Below are positions 20,454 to 29,374 of a stretch of 64,000 bases of DNA, one piece after another. The position numbers and the translations under genes are program-made. The notes under the pieces were generated by a model. It was not told the origin of the DNA. It made no database searches and saw nothing but the letters and a program-made list of their open reading frames with translations. How positions within the stretch are numbered: position 1 is the stretch's first letter; each line of letters starts with the position of its first letter. The stretch comes from Candidatus Woesearchaeota archaeon (GTDB lineage Archaea > Nanobdellota > Nanobdellia > Woesearchaeales > UBA9642): the NCBI GenBank assembly GCA_038895475.1, contig JAWANI010000001.1:52387-116386 (forward strand), read 5' to 3'.

Positions 20454-21464
20454 ATGTTTAAATATCTTTATACTCATAATAAAAAATATTATTCTGGTGA
20501 AAATGCCAGTTATGTAGAGGGTATAAAAAAAATAGGTATAAATCCTAAAAAATTTTCGAAAAAAGAGCTGTTGTGCTTTTTTATTCAAAATCCTGGTGCT
20601 GAAGAATTTTCTCAAATATCGAAAGATTTTGGTATAGAAGAAAAATATTTTCAAAAAGTTAAGACAGAATCAAGATCTGTAAGATATTCTTTTGACCCCT
20701 TAATATTTTGTTTAACAGATTATGTGACTGAATATGGCAAAATTCAAATAGCCCATTTGCTCATGCTGATAAAAGATAATGTTTTATTATTAGTTGTATT
20801 AGAAAATTATTCATATTTCAAGAATTTGTTCGATGCTGTTGTTGAAAAAGCAAAAAAAAGAAAATTATATTCTGAAACATACATATTATATGAATTTTTG
20901 CATCATGATACAAAAGAAAATTATGATGTTATAGAAAATATTGATGATAAACTTGCATATTTGGAGAAGAAAATAATAGAGAGCAATAGTGACAGTAAAA
21001 TTTTACTTCAAGAAATACTTTCGCAAAAAAAATATCTAATAAAACTTAATAAAAGATTGTGGGCAACTTCTAAAATAATATTCACTATAAAAAAAGATTT
21101 AACTGCATTAAAGTTGTCAAATGAGGAAAAATCATTATTAGAAGATATATATGATACTTTGATGCATCAAATAGATTTAATAGAAACACAAAAGGAAACC
21201 GTTACAGATCTTTTAGAAATTTATACAACAACCTTAAATAATAGACTTGCAGAAATCAGCAATAATCTTAATGTTGTCATGAAAAAAATGACTGCTCTCA
21301 CTATAATAATAATGGTTCCAACATTAGTGGCAAGTATTTATGGAATGAATTTTGAGAACATGCCTGAACTAAAATGGCCATTGGGCTATGCTTTTGCTAT
21401 TGGTGTAATGATATTTTTAGGATTCTCAACATATTATGTTTTCCATAAGAGAGATTGGATTTGA
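20454..21464 (+). CDS. corA: CorA-family Mg2+/divalent cation transporter
   Basis: YGMNF and MPEL motifs, two C-terminal TMs. Confidence 0.92.
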   Translation: MFKYLYTHNKKYYSGENASYVEGIKKIGINPKKFSKKELLCFFIQNPGAEEFSQISKDFGIEEKYFQKVKTESRSVRYSFDPLIFCLTDYVTEYGKIQIAHLLMLIKDNVLLLVVLENYSYFKNLFDAVVEKAKKRKLYSETYILYEFLHHDTKENYDVIENIDDKLAYLEKKIIESNSDSKILLQEILSQKKYLIKLNKRLWATSKIIFTIKKDLTALKLSNEEKSLLEDIYDTLMHQIDLIETQKETVTDLLEIYTTTLNNRLAEISNNLNVVMKKMTALTIIIMVPTLVASIYGMNFENMPELKWPLGYAFAIGVMIFLGFSTYYVFHKRDWI

Positions 21465-21579
21465 GATATTTAATCTTTTTTTAGAGATGAATAATAAATA
21501 AAAAATATTTATAAAATAGTAATGATTTCTTATATTAATTGTTATATTATAATTAAATAAAAAAAACAAAGGTGGTAAA

Positions 21580-21810
21580 ATGAGAATGATTGGAATAAAT
21601 GCAATGTTTATTACTATATTAGCGAGTTTTTTTCTAATAATAATGGGTTTGCTTTATTTTATGTTTACATTATGGATAGTTAAAGTAGGTGCAAGTTTCA
21701 TACTTCCTGAAATGTGGAAATCAGGAGATATACATGGCAGTTATATAGTTCTAGCAGCCGCATTGGTTAGTGCAGGTTCAATGATAGCTTCAGCAATGCA
21801 AAGGCAATAA
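21580..21810 (+). CDS. Small two-TM membrane protein
   Basis: GGTGG SD, two hydrophobic segments. Confidence 0.6.
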   Translation: MRMIGINAMFITILASFFLIIMGLLYFMFTLWIVKVGASFILPEMWKSGDIHGSYIVLAAALVSAGSMIASAMQRQ

Positions 21811-21823
21811 ACAATAATATTTT

Positions 21824-22465
21824 TTAATTTTTGTAAGAAATTATAATTCCATTTGACACTTTTATATTTTCATTTGTAAATTCTCCGTTTATCCAGATGT
21901 GGTCTTTTTTTGAAATCCTGTTTTGAGGCTTAAATCTTGATCTAGGATCTATATGGCTGTAGTCAAATATTACTGGTTCAAATTCGTATGTAATTATTCC
22001 TTCTTCAAGTTTTTCTGACTTTGGTTGATAATATTGTAGAATGCCTTTTATATCATACACAAATTTTTCCTCAGGTCTAAAAAATATAATTCTTTTTATT
22101 TCTTTTTCAGAATAATTTTTTAAAGATAAACCTTTAGATTTATAGTAATGTTTTGGTGCGGCTGCTCTGAAAAAATTTTTTCCATCCTTATAAAATATGA
22201 ATCCGACATTACAATTATTATATTTTTCTTTGGAAAAATTTATTGCTTTTGCATATATGTCTTTTAGTGTATTCTTATTATTTATCCCTTCTTTTACTAA
22301 GAAAAATTTGTCTACTAGCAATATTAATCCATCATCTACTTTGATATAATTTGTATCTATACCATGGGATAATTTTCTTGTCATAGGATCCACATTAGAA
22401 TAATTTCCTTCCAGTTTTGATACTATATAATCAAGCATTTCTTTTTGTTGTTTTTGGGTTATCAT
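21824..22465 (-). CDS. Hypothetical protein
   Basis: 213-aa ORF with GAGGT SD; no recognised motif. Confidence 0.65.
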   Translation of the reverse strand: MITQKQQKEMLDYIVSKLEGNYSNVDPMTRKLSHGIDTNYIKVDDGLILLVDKFFLVKEGINNKNTLKDIYAKAINFSKEKYNNCNVGFIFYKDGKNFFRAAAPKHYYKSKGLSLKNYSEKEIKRIIFFRPEEKFVYDIKGILQYYQPKSEKLEEGIITYEFEPVIFDYSHIDPRSRFKPQNRISKKDHIWINGEFTNENIKVSNGIIISYKN

Positions 22466-22549
22466 TTTTTACCTCGTTTTTTTTAATTACAATATGCTAT
22501 ATTTTTTTAGTTCTATTATTTATAATATTAAGTATGTAATTTTGATGAA

Positions 22550-23026
22550 TTAATGTTCTGCAAACAGTAGTTCTGCATGTGTCTTGTCAGATAAAAATCC
22601 CTCTCTTTTTATATCTTCCAGTATAAATATCTCCTGTCTGTTTTCTATATCAAATCTTTCAAGCATTTCAATGAATCTTTGCAAGTCATTCATATCCCTA
22701 AATATTGCTTCAATTAAAAAGTCAAAACCATTGTTCACTTTAAACACAGAATTTATATTTTCGTTTTTAGTTAAAAAGTCTTTTAGTGAATTCTTTTGTT
22801 CTTTTGTTACTTTTATCAACATATTTACTTTTATGTCAAAACCTATTTTTTTAAAGTCTATCAGTGTAGTGTGTTTTTTTATTAGTTCCTTTTCAAATTC
22901 CTTTAATCTGTCGAATATTGTACTTACAGGTATGGCTGTTAGTCTGCTTATTTTTGTTAGGTTTTCCCTTGCGTTGTTTCTTAAGAAAGTCATTAATAAT
23001 AGGTCTTTTTTAAGGTTTAACCGCAT
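22550..23026 (-). CDS. Lrp/AsnC family transcriptional regulator
   Basis: LRNNARENLTKISR...STIFDRLK HTH, IDFKKIG linker, RAM domain GFDFLI. Confidence 0.9.
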   Translation of the reverse strand: MRLNLKKDLLLMTFLRNNARENLTKISRLTAIPVSTIFDRLKEFEKELIKKHTTLIDFKKIGFDIKVNMLIKVTKEQKNSLKDFLTKNENINSVFKVNNGFDFLIEAIFRDMNDLQRFIEMLERFDIENRQEIFILEDIKREGFLSDKTHAELLFAEH

Positions 23027-23066
23027 ATTTTACACCCCCATCCATATAAATATATATAGAAAAGTA

Positions 23067-23191
23067 CTTCAGAAATTTAATAGTTTCCAGCAAAAATTAT
23101 TTGAATGCTTCAGAAATTTTTTGAAGCAAAACTCTTTCAAGGCTAAAATAAGCTTTAAAATATGTTTTTTGAAGCAAAATTTTTTGAAGCA
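23067..23191. repeat. Operator-like array: palindrome TGCTTCA-N9-TGAAGCA plus TTTTTTGAAGCA direct repeats
   Basis: Palindrome 23106-23128; TTTTTTGAAGCA at 23117, 23165 and 23180; CTTCAGAAATTT at 23067 and 23108; lies between divergent regulator genes. Confidence 0.7.
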
Positions 23192-23293
23192 GAATTATTT
23201 TTAAACCTATTTTTATAACATACAAATATTAAGAAGGATGTTAAAAAGAATTTTGTCATAACCTTTATATATTTATTAAAAAGTAAATATACT

Positions 23294-24868
23294 ATGCAGG
23301 ATTTAGAGTCAGAAATATTGAATGTTTTTAGAAAAAACCCAAAAGAATACAGCACTACTGAGCTGGCTAAAGAAATATTTAAAGAATATGCGGTTATAGA
23401 TACTTTGTTGCAAAGCAATGATAAACAAGTTATAAAAAATGCAAAGGATCAGAAATTTAAACTTCACAGAAAATTATTATACTACTTAAATAAACTTGTT
23501 GATGAAAGAATATTATCTATAACAAAAATACTTGATAAAGGTGAAAAAGTATTTTCTTTATCTATAGATGAAGGCAATATCACAATAGAAAAAGGTTATA
23601 AAAAAATAACCATAACAAAACCTGCTTCTACAACAAACCATATAGAAAATTACGAGAAACTCGGAATAATGAAAAAATTTAATGAAAAAGACAGTATAAT
23701 AAAATTAAATTCTGTAATGATAGAAGCCAATGAGAATAATGCAGAAAAAACCTATAAAATAGTAAGGGATATTTTCAGTTGTGTAAATGATTCAATAGCA
23801 ATAAACGACTTCCAAAAATTAATAAAGAGCAATTATGAAGAATATTTGTATAAACTATCACAGAATACTCTTGATCTGGATTTGACTTTGTCTTTAATCA
23901 TAAATTTCGACAATATTAACACAGAATCATTTTTAGACTTTGTAAAAAAATATGCCGTTTTGTCTCCGAAAAGAATAAATGTTATATTTAACACAAACTC
24001 AAAGGAGATACAAAGAAATTATTCAATATGGCAGTCAATTATAAAAGAGTTTTCTGAAAAGAAAATTAAAATTAATATAAAAAATAAAGAAATATATACT
24101 GCACCAATATTTATTGGAAGAGCCGGAATGTATAGTTTTGGTGAGGAAGAATATTCTGCTTATATGAAATTTGTAAAAGGAAAAACAATAGGCATATCCT
24201 GCAGTCATGCAAGCATTGCAGTTAATATGAATAAATTTTTTGAAATTTTAAAGACAGAATCCGAATTTAGAAATGCGATGATAAAAGCTTCAAAAGTTCT
24301 CTTATCAATAAATGCAATACAAAGAAGAAAAGCAAATGAATATTTTAAAAACATAAATATTTATAATGGACAGAACACCATAGATTTTTACAGGTTTAAC
24401 AGCAACTATATCCGATTATGGAATTATGATTGGCATAAAGATATAAAGGATAATGAAGAAAGGTTATCTTTATTGAAAAGCACGAAAGAAGTCGTGGATA
24501 ATTTTTGTGCTTCAGAAGAAACAATATTCAAGAGCTGCGGAATTCCTATAAGATTCAAAGTCAAGTTTAGTTCTGCTTTTAAACACTTTGACGAAAAATT
24601 TATGGGAGAAAGAGAATATAAAAAAACAACAGTAAAAGAATTGAATGATTATATAAGTGGAGAAATTAAAGATTTTATTAATGTAAGAGAAGAATTATTT
24701 GAATTGTTTGATGGTTGTGACAGGTTAAGAATTTTCAGAAGTCAGGATGTTACTGAGCAAGAACTAATAAAGGAAATAATATATGTTATGAATAATTTTA
24801 AGATACCTTTTTTTACATACGATTTTAGTCAACTTCGCGGAGTTGTGAGGTTAACAGATTTTATATAA
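23294..24868 (+). CDS. Winged-helix protein fused to a putative inactivated class III RNR (NrdD-like) barrel
   Basis: N-terminal wHTH (EILNVFRKNPKEYSTTELAKEI...LLYYLNKLVDERIL...GEKVF); remainder follows NrdD element order by eye; no Zn-ribbon or glycyl radical loop. Confidence 0.6.
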   Translation: MQDLESEILNVFRKNPKEYSTTELAKEIFKEYAVIDTLLQSNDKQVIKNAKDQKFKLHRKLLYYLNKLVDERILSITKILDKGEKVFSLSIDEGNITIEKGYKKITITKPASTTNHIENYEKLGIMKKFNEKDSIIKLNSVMIEANENNAEKTYKIVRDIFSCVNDSIAINDFQKLIKSNYEEYLYKLSQNTLDLDLTLSLIINFDNINTESFLDFVKKYAVLSPKRINVIFNTNSKEIQRNYSIWQSIIKEFSEKKIKINIKNKEIYTAPIFIGRAGMYSFGEEEYSAYMKFVKGKTIGISCSHASIAVNMNKFFEILKTESEFRNAMIKASKVLLSINAIQRRKANEYFKNINIYNGQNTIDFYRFNSNYIRLWNYDWHKDIKDNEERLSLLKSTKEVVDNFCASEETIFKSCGIPIRFKVKFSSAFKHFDEKFMGEREYKKTTVKELNDYISGEIKDFINVREELFELFDGCDRLRIFRSQDVTEQELIKEIIYVMNNFKIPFFTYDFSQLRGVVRLTDFI

Positions 24869-24909
24869 TTATAGTATGATTTTTTATATAAAAATATAAA
24901 TGAAATAAA

Positions 24910-25554
24910 ATGGAGATAAGGGAAAAAAACGTTTTCGAAGCATGGAAAAAATCTTTAAGATTCATAATAGATAATGGTGTTGATTTTGTAGATGGTGATG
25001 GGAGAACTTGCAGAGAGATTCTTAATTTAGTAATAATAATTAACAATCCTGAAGAAGATTATGAAAGACCCATAGATTTGATGCAGGAATTAGACTGGAT
25101 ATATCCGAGTAAAGAAGAGTTGGAAGCTATAATAATAAATAAGGAACATACTGCAAGTTATGAATACAGCTATGGTCCTAGAATATTTAATTTTAAAGGT
25201 GTTGATCAGATAAACGATTTTATTATACCTTTATTAAAAAAAGACAAAACAAGCAGAAGGGCAATAGTAATACTTTATGATCCTTCAAAAGATTCAAACA
25301 TTCTATCTAAGAATATTCCTAGCCTGATATCTATGCATTTTAAGATAAAGAATGATGCCTTAAATTTAACATGCACTATAAGAAGCAATGATTTATTTAT
25401 AGGTTGGCCCGGAAATATTTATCAGATAATTCTATTGCAGAAATATGTTGCTGAGTCTTTGGAATTAAAAACAGGTTCTTTAACCACAATTTCTTTTTCA
25501 GCACACATTTTTCAGGAACATTTTGATATTATAAATGAAATACTTAAAAAATAA
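24910..25554 (+). CDS. Thymidylate synthase (archaeal ThyA-type) homologue with catalytic Cys replaced by Ser
   Basis: YSYGPRI, DQI, SRRA, RSND, GWPGN, SAHIF; IPSL where PC is expected (AGC at 25321-25323). Confidence 0.85.
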   Translation: MEIREKNVFEAWKKSLRFIIDNGVDFVDGDGRTCREILNLVIIINNPEEDYERPIDLMQELDWIYPSKEELEAIIINKEHTASYEYSYGPRIFNFKGVDQINDFIIPLLKKDKTSRRAIVILYDPSKDSNILSKNIPSLISMHFKIKNDALNLTCTIRSNDLFIGWPGNIYQIILLQKYVAESLELKTGSLTTISFSAHIFQEHFDIINEILKK

Positions 25555-25634
25555 GATAAAAAATAAGATGGTTTTTTATAAAAATATGTCTAAAATTCAA
25601 AAAATTTATAAATATAAAGAAAGGTTTTTATTCC

Positions 25635-25802
25635 ATGGCAATCGATGAATATGAAGAGGATATAAATGAAGACTTTGAGGATGATCCCGAGTCATTAAGG
25701 GATAATGATGAGATAGATGATGCAGAAGAAGCTTTTATGGAAGGTTATGAAGAGGATTTAGATGAAGAGGAGGAATCAGAGTTAGAAGAGGAAGAATTTT
25801 AA
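25635..25802 (+). CDS. Extremely acidic microprotein (55 aa, not in ORF track)
   Basis: MAIDEYEEDINEDFEDDPESLRDNDEIDDAEEAFMEGYEEDLDEEEESELEEEEF; TTTATAAA box about 30 nt upstream. Confidence 0.75.
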   Translation: MAIDEYEEDINEDFEDDPESLRDNDEIDDAEEAFMEGYEEDLDEEEESELEEEEF

Positions 25803-25842
25803 ACATATTTTATTATTTTTAGATATTTTTTAACTTAAGATT

Positions 25843-26118
25843 TTATTCTAAGCCAAAACTGTCAGCAAATTCAGTGATTAATTTATATTTATTGAGGTAA
25901 TCAAAACCTTTTTGTGTTAGCGAGTATGTTTTTGAACTGCCTTCTTTGTTCTCAATAATAAAACCTTTTTGTATTAATTCAGAGAGGTATTCTTCCATCA
26001 TTTGATGAGACAAATTAGATTTGTAAAGAATATGGGTAGGTTTAATACGATTGTTTTTATCCTGTATAGCCTTCAATATATCGTAGACTATTTGTAGTTT
26101 ATTTCTTTTTTTTGCCAT
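25843..26118 (-). CDS. Archaeal winged-helix transcription regulator
   Basis: KRNKLQIVYDIL, KPTHILYKSNLS, YLSELIQKGFI, YSLTQKG. Confidence 0.88.
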   Translation of the reverse strand: MAKKRNKLQIVYDILKAIQDKNNRIKPTHILYKSNLSHQMMEEYLSELIQKGFIIENKEGSSKTYSLTQKGFDYLNKYKLITEFADSFGLE

Positions 26119-26776
26119 GTTTGAGTATGAGTAATAAATTTATTAAGATAAGAGCATATGATAAAAATTCAAATATGTGACCAACAACATAATATAATTC
26201 GTAATCTAGTGCAAAAAAGTATTGGAGTGTGCCTAAAAGAAGAAACATCATTGCTATTAGGACAAGGGTTGAATTAATAGTTCTGTGGCATAAATAGTTT
26301 AAAAAATAATTAAAACAAATAAACATCAATATTATTGTAGCAAGCAGATAGAAAAGCATTAATTTATTCCAACTAAAAATTATTGAAACAACAACTAATG
26401 CAATAGTTAGGAATAAAATCTGTATATTTTCAGTTCTAAATTGTATATATGCCAAGATTATAAGTCCAATAATGAAAAATAATGCATGCGCATAAGATCC
26501 AAACAGATTTAGTAAAGCGACATCCCGCAGATTAATAACACTAACAACATCATCTGCCAATTTTCCGACGACTATCAAGTTAAGCATTAATTTTGTTAAG
26601 TAAGAAAGAAATATAAAAACAAACGCAGTAGTAAAGAGCTTTGCATTATTCTTATAAGTCAGTTTATAAACTTTAAATGCATAATAACTAACTGTTAAAG
26701 TTATAATTGCAAAAATAATTTCTAGAAATATACTATACATCAAAAACCATTTTGGAATTAATATTAAGTATCCCAT
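26099..26776 (-). CDS. Polytopic (about 7-TM) membrane protein, putative sensor
   Basis: About seven hydrophobic segments; overlaps the start of the wHTH gene by 20 bp. Confidence 0.7.
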   Translation of the reverse strand: MGYLILIPKWFLMYSIFLEIIFAIITLTVSYYAFKVYKLTYKNNAKLFTTAFVFIFLSYLTKLMLNLIVVGKLADDVVSVINLRDVALLNLFGSYAHALFFIIGLIILAYIQFRTENIQILFLTIALVVVSIIFSWNKLMLFYLLATIILMFICFNYFLNYLCHRTINSTLVLIAMMFLLLGTLQYFFALDYELYYVVGHIFEFLSYALILINLLLILKHGKKKK

Positions 26777-26862
26777 GATGGGGTGTTATTAATATAGGTA
26801 TTTAAAATTTATGAAAATAATATCCAAACTGATATTTATAAATCGCTATTTTAAGGAACAAA

Positions 26863-28779
26863 TTAAAAATTGAAATTTATTTCCCTCTTTCTTACGTTTT
26901 TTAAAACATTTTCAAAAAATTCTTCTTCCTTAATATCAAATTTTACTTTTCCCTCTAAATTTCTAACAGCGAGAGTATTTTTCTCTATTTCCTTATCACC
27001 AATAGTTATTATTAAAGGTATTTTTTGTATTTGAGCATCCCTGACTTTTTTTGGAACAGATTCAGTTCTATCATCTATTTCTATTCTTAATTCAGGATAT
27101 TTTTCTCTAATTTTTTTACAATAGTCTATATGCCTGTCTGCTATTGGCAATAAAATTATTTGTATCGGAGAAATCCATAATGGAAATTTTCCGGAAAAGT
27201 GTTCTATTATTATCCCTAAAAATCTTTCCATTGAGCCTAGAATTGCTCTATGTATGACTACAGGGGTTTTTCTTTGCCCATTAATATCATCATAATGTAA
27301 TTCAAATTTTAAAGGCATCTGAAAATCGAGCTGTATTGTTGCAAGCTGCCATTGTCTTCCGAGAGCATCCTTAACTTTTACATCAATTTTTGGTCCATAA
27401 AATGCACCATCACCTTCATTAATTCTATAGGTCATGCCCGCATTTTCAAGTGCGTTTTTCAGTTTTAATTCTGCAAAATCCCATGTTTCTTTTTCTCCCA
27501 TAAAATTTTCTGGTCTTGTAGAAAGATTTACCTCATCAATTTTTAAGTCAAATATAGTATAAATTTTCTTTATCTTTTCCAATAACAGAATTATTTCAGA
27601 TTCTATCTGTTCTTGGGTTAAAAATATATGAGTATCATCTTGAGATAAACTTCTAACCCTAACTAATCCTGTTAGTGTTCCTGATTTTTCATTTCTATAT
27701 AATGTGGTTGTTTCAGCTATTCTAAATGGCAAATCTTTATAAGAGTAAGTTCCTTTTTTAAATATTAACATATGTGCCGGACAATTCATAGGTTTAATAC
27801 CAATATCAATATTTTCCTCTGAATGATGCATTTGAAACATATCTTCCTTATAATGTTCCCAATGTCCGGATATTCTCCATAGGTCTGCATTTAAAATATG
27901 TGGCGTTCTCACTTCATTATATCCCGGGCCATATGATTCTTCTCTTACAAATTTTAATAATTCTAAAAGCATAGTCATCCCTTTTGGTAGAAAGAAAGGC
28001 ATTCCGGGAGCGTATTCATGCATCATAAATAAGCCAAGCTCTTTACCTATTTTTCTGTGATCCCTCTTTTCCGCTTCTTCAATCATTTTTAGGTATTCTT
28101 CCAGTTCTTTTTTTTCATTAAATGCCACACCATATATTCTTTGTAGTTGCTTGTTATTGGAGTTTCCTCTCCAGTATGCACCGGCAACTTTAGTGAGCTT
28201 CCACACTTTCAGAAAAGATGTTCTTGGAACGTGAGGGCCTCTGCACAAATCAAAAAATTCTCCCTGTCTGTAAAGAGTTATTTTTTCACTATCAGTCATC
28301 TCGTTGATTAATTCTATTTTATAGGGATTTTTTTCAAAAATTTTTAGTGCCTCTTTTTTTGTTAATTCTTCTCTTTTCACTTCAAAATCTTCTTTTACAA
28401 TTTTTTTCATTTCTTCTTCTATAATATTAAGGTCTTCCGGTGTAAATGTTTTCTCAGAATCAACATCGTAATAAAAACCATTTTCCACTACTGGACCTAT
28501 GGTTAATTTTGTTTTCGGGTATAATCTTAATAGTGCGTGTGCGAGAAGATGTGCGCAAGAATGTCTTATTACTTCAAGTCCTTCCGCATCTTTTCCAGTA
28601 ATGATTTTTATTTCGGAGTCTTCATTTATCTTGTAGGATAAATCAACCAATGTGCCATTAATTTTTGCTGCAACTGCGTTTTTAGAAATTTTAGGAGATA
28701 ATTTTTCCGCAATCTCTTGGCAAATAACTCCTTCTTTGTATTGTTCTTTACTCCCATCTGGAAAGGTTATATTTATCAT
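26863..28779 (-). CDS. thrS: Threonyl-tRNA synthetase (bacterial-type architecture)
   Basis: TGS domain, HSCAH and DLCRGPH editing motifs, KPMNCP, GAFYGPKID, HRAILGS. Confidence 0.98.
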   Translation of the reverse strand: MINITFPDGSKEQYKEGVICQEIAEKLSPKISKNAVAAKINGTLVDLSYKINEDSEIKIITGKDAEGLEVIRHSCAHLLAHALLRLYPKTKLTIGPVVENGFYYDVDSEKTFTPEDLNIIEEEMKKIVKEDFEVKREELTKKEALKIFEKNPYKIELINEMTDSEKITLYRQGEFFDLCRGPHVPRTSFLKVWKLTKVAGAYWRGNSNNKQLQRIYGVAFNEKKELEEYLKMIEEAEKRDHRKIGKELGLFMMHEYAPGMPFFLPKGMTMLLELLKFVREESYGPGYNEVRTPHILNADLWRISGHWEHYKEDMFQMHHSEENIDIGIKPMNCPAHMLIFKKGTYSYKDLPFRIAETTTLYRNEKSGTLTGLVRVRSLSQDDTHIFLTQEQIESEIILLLEKIKKIYTIFDLKIDEVNLSTRPENFMGEKETWDFAELKLKNALENAGMTYRINEGDGAFYGPKIDVKVKDALGRQWQLATIQLDFQMPLKFELHYDDINGQRKTPVVIHRAILGSMERFLGIIIEHFSGKFPLWISPIQIILLPIADRHIDYCKKIREKYPELRIEIDDRTESVPKKVRDAQIQKIPLIITIGDKEIEKNTLAVRNLEGKVKFDIKEEEFFENVLKNVRKREINFNF

Positions 28780-28820
28780 TATTAAAGAATAAACATTTAA
28801 TTTAAAAATTTAATGAGCTG

Positions 28821-29018
28821 TTATCTTTTATCAACTTTATACATGAATGTGTTTCTCTTGCCTGTGTTTTTGTACTTTATTATGTTTGTTTTTCTTAATT
28901 TTTTTAATGACATGGTAACAGACCCTATTGACACTTTTAGCTTTTCAGAAATTTCTCTTGAAGTGAACCATTTACCCTTGTTTTTGCATAAAAAATCATA
29001 GACTTCTTGTTGTCCCAT
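28821..29018 (-). CDS. Small HTH DNA-binding protein
   Basis: MGQQEVYDFL...FTSREISEKLKVSIGSVTMSLKKL. Confidence 0.8.
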   Translation of the reverse strand: MGQQEVYDFLCKNKGKWFTSREISEKLKVSIGSVTMSLKKLRKTNIIKYKNTGKRNTFMYKVDKR

Positions 29019-29157
29019 TATACATACCCCCTAAAGTCAATAAAAATAGTAATATTAATTAAATATATAAGCTTTTCCTTTTCACTAATAAGTAATTTCT
29101 TGAATTATTTCTTTAATATGTTATAAATATTAATTAGTGCACGAACTATGAATGCCA

Positions 29158-29325
29158 TTATAAAATAATTATTCCTATTATTAAGAGAATAAAACCTAAA
29201 CCTATGGCACTCCAAGCAACAATCATATCAGTGGTTAGGTTTTTAAAATATTCTATTGTCTTATTTATAAAATTGTTTATTTTATTAGATATTTCTTTAA
29301 AGTCGATATTTATTTTTTGGTTCAT
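29158..29325 (-). CDS. Small protein with C-terminal TM anchor (55 aa, not in ORF track)
   Basis: MNQKINIDFKEISNKINNFINKTIEYFKNLTTDMIVAWSAIGLGFILLIIGIIIL. Confidence 0.6.
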   Translation of the reverse strand: MNQKINIDFKEISNKINNFINKTIEYFKNLTTDMIVAWSAIGLGFILLIIGIIIL

Positions 29326-29374
29326 CTTAAATATATATTTAAAATATATTTATACTTAAAACTTAATTATTTAA

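Noticed and set aside
23067..23191. CRISPR array (also considered for 52731-52776)
   Set aside because: Repeats are only 12-14 bp, irregularly spaced, with no unique spacer series and no cas genes
22584..23418. ORFs 22584-23204 (+) and 23155-23418 (-)
   Set aside because: Antisense to Lrp or the wHTH gene; repeated FLKQN peptides merely reflect the DNA repeat array
24910..25554. Phage-type dCMP hydroxymethylase / DNA hypermodification gene
   Set aside because: Keeps the dUMP-type Asn, lacks the Cys those enzymes also need, and has no viral or glycosyltransferase neighbours
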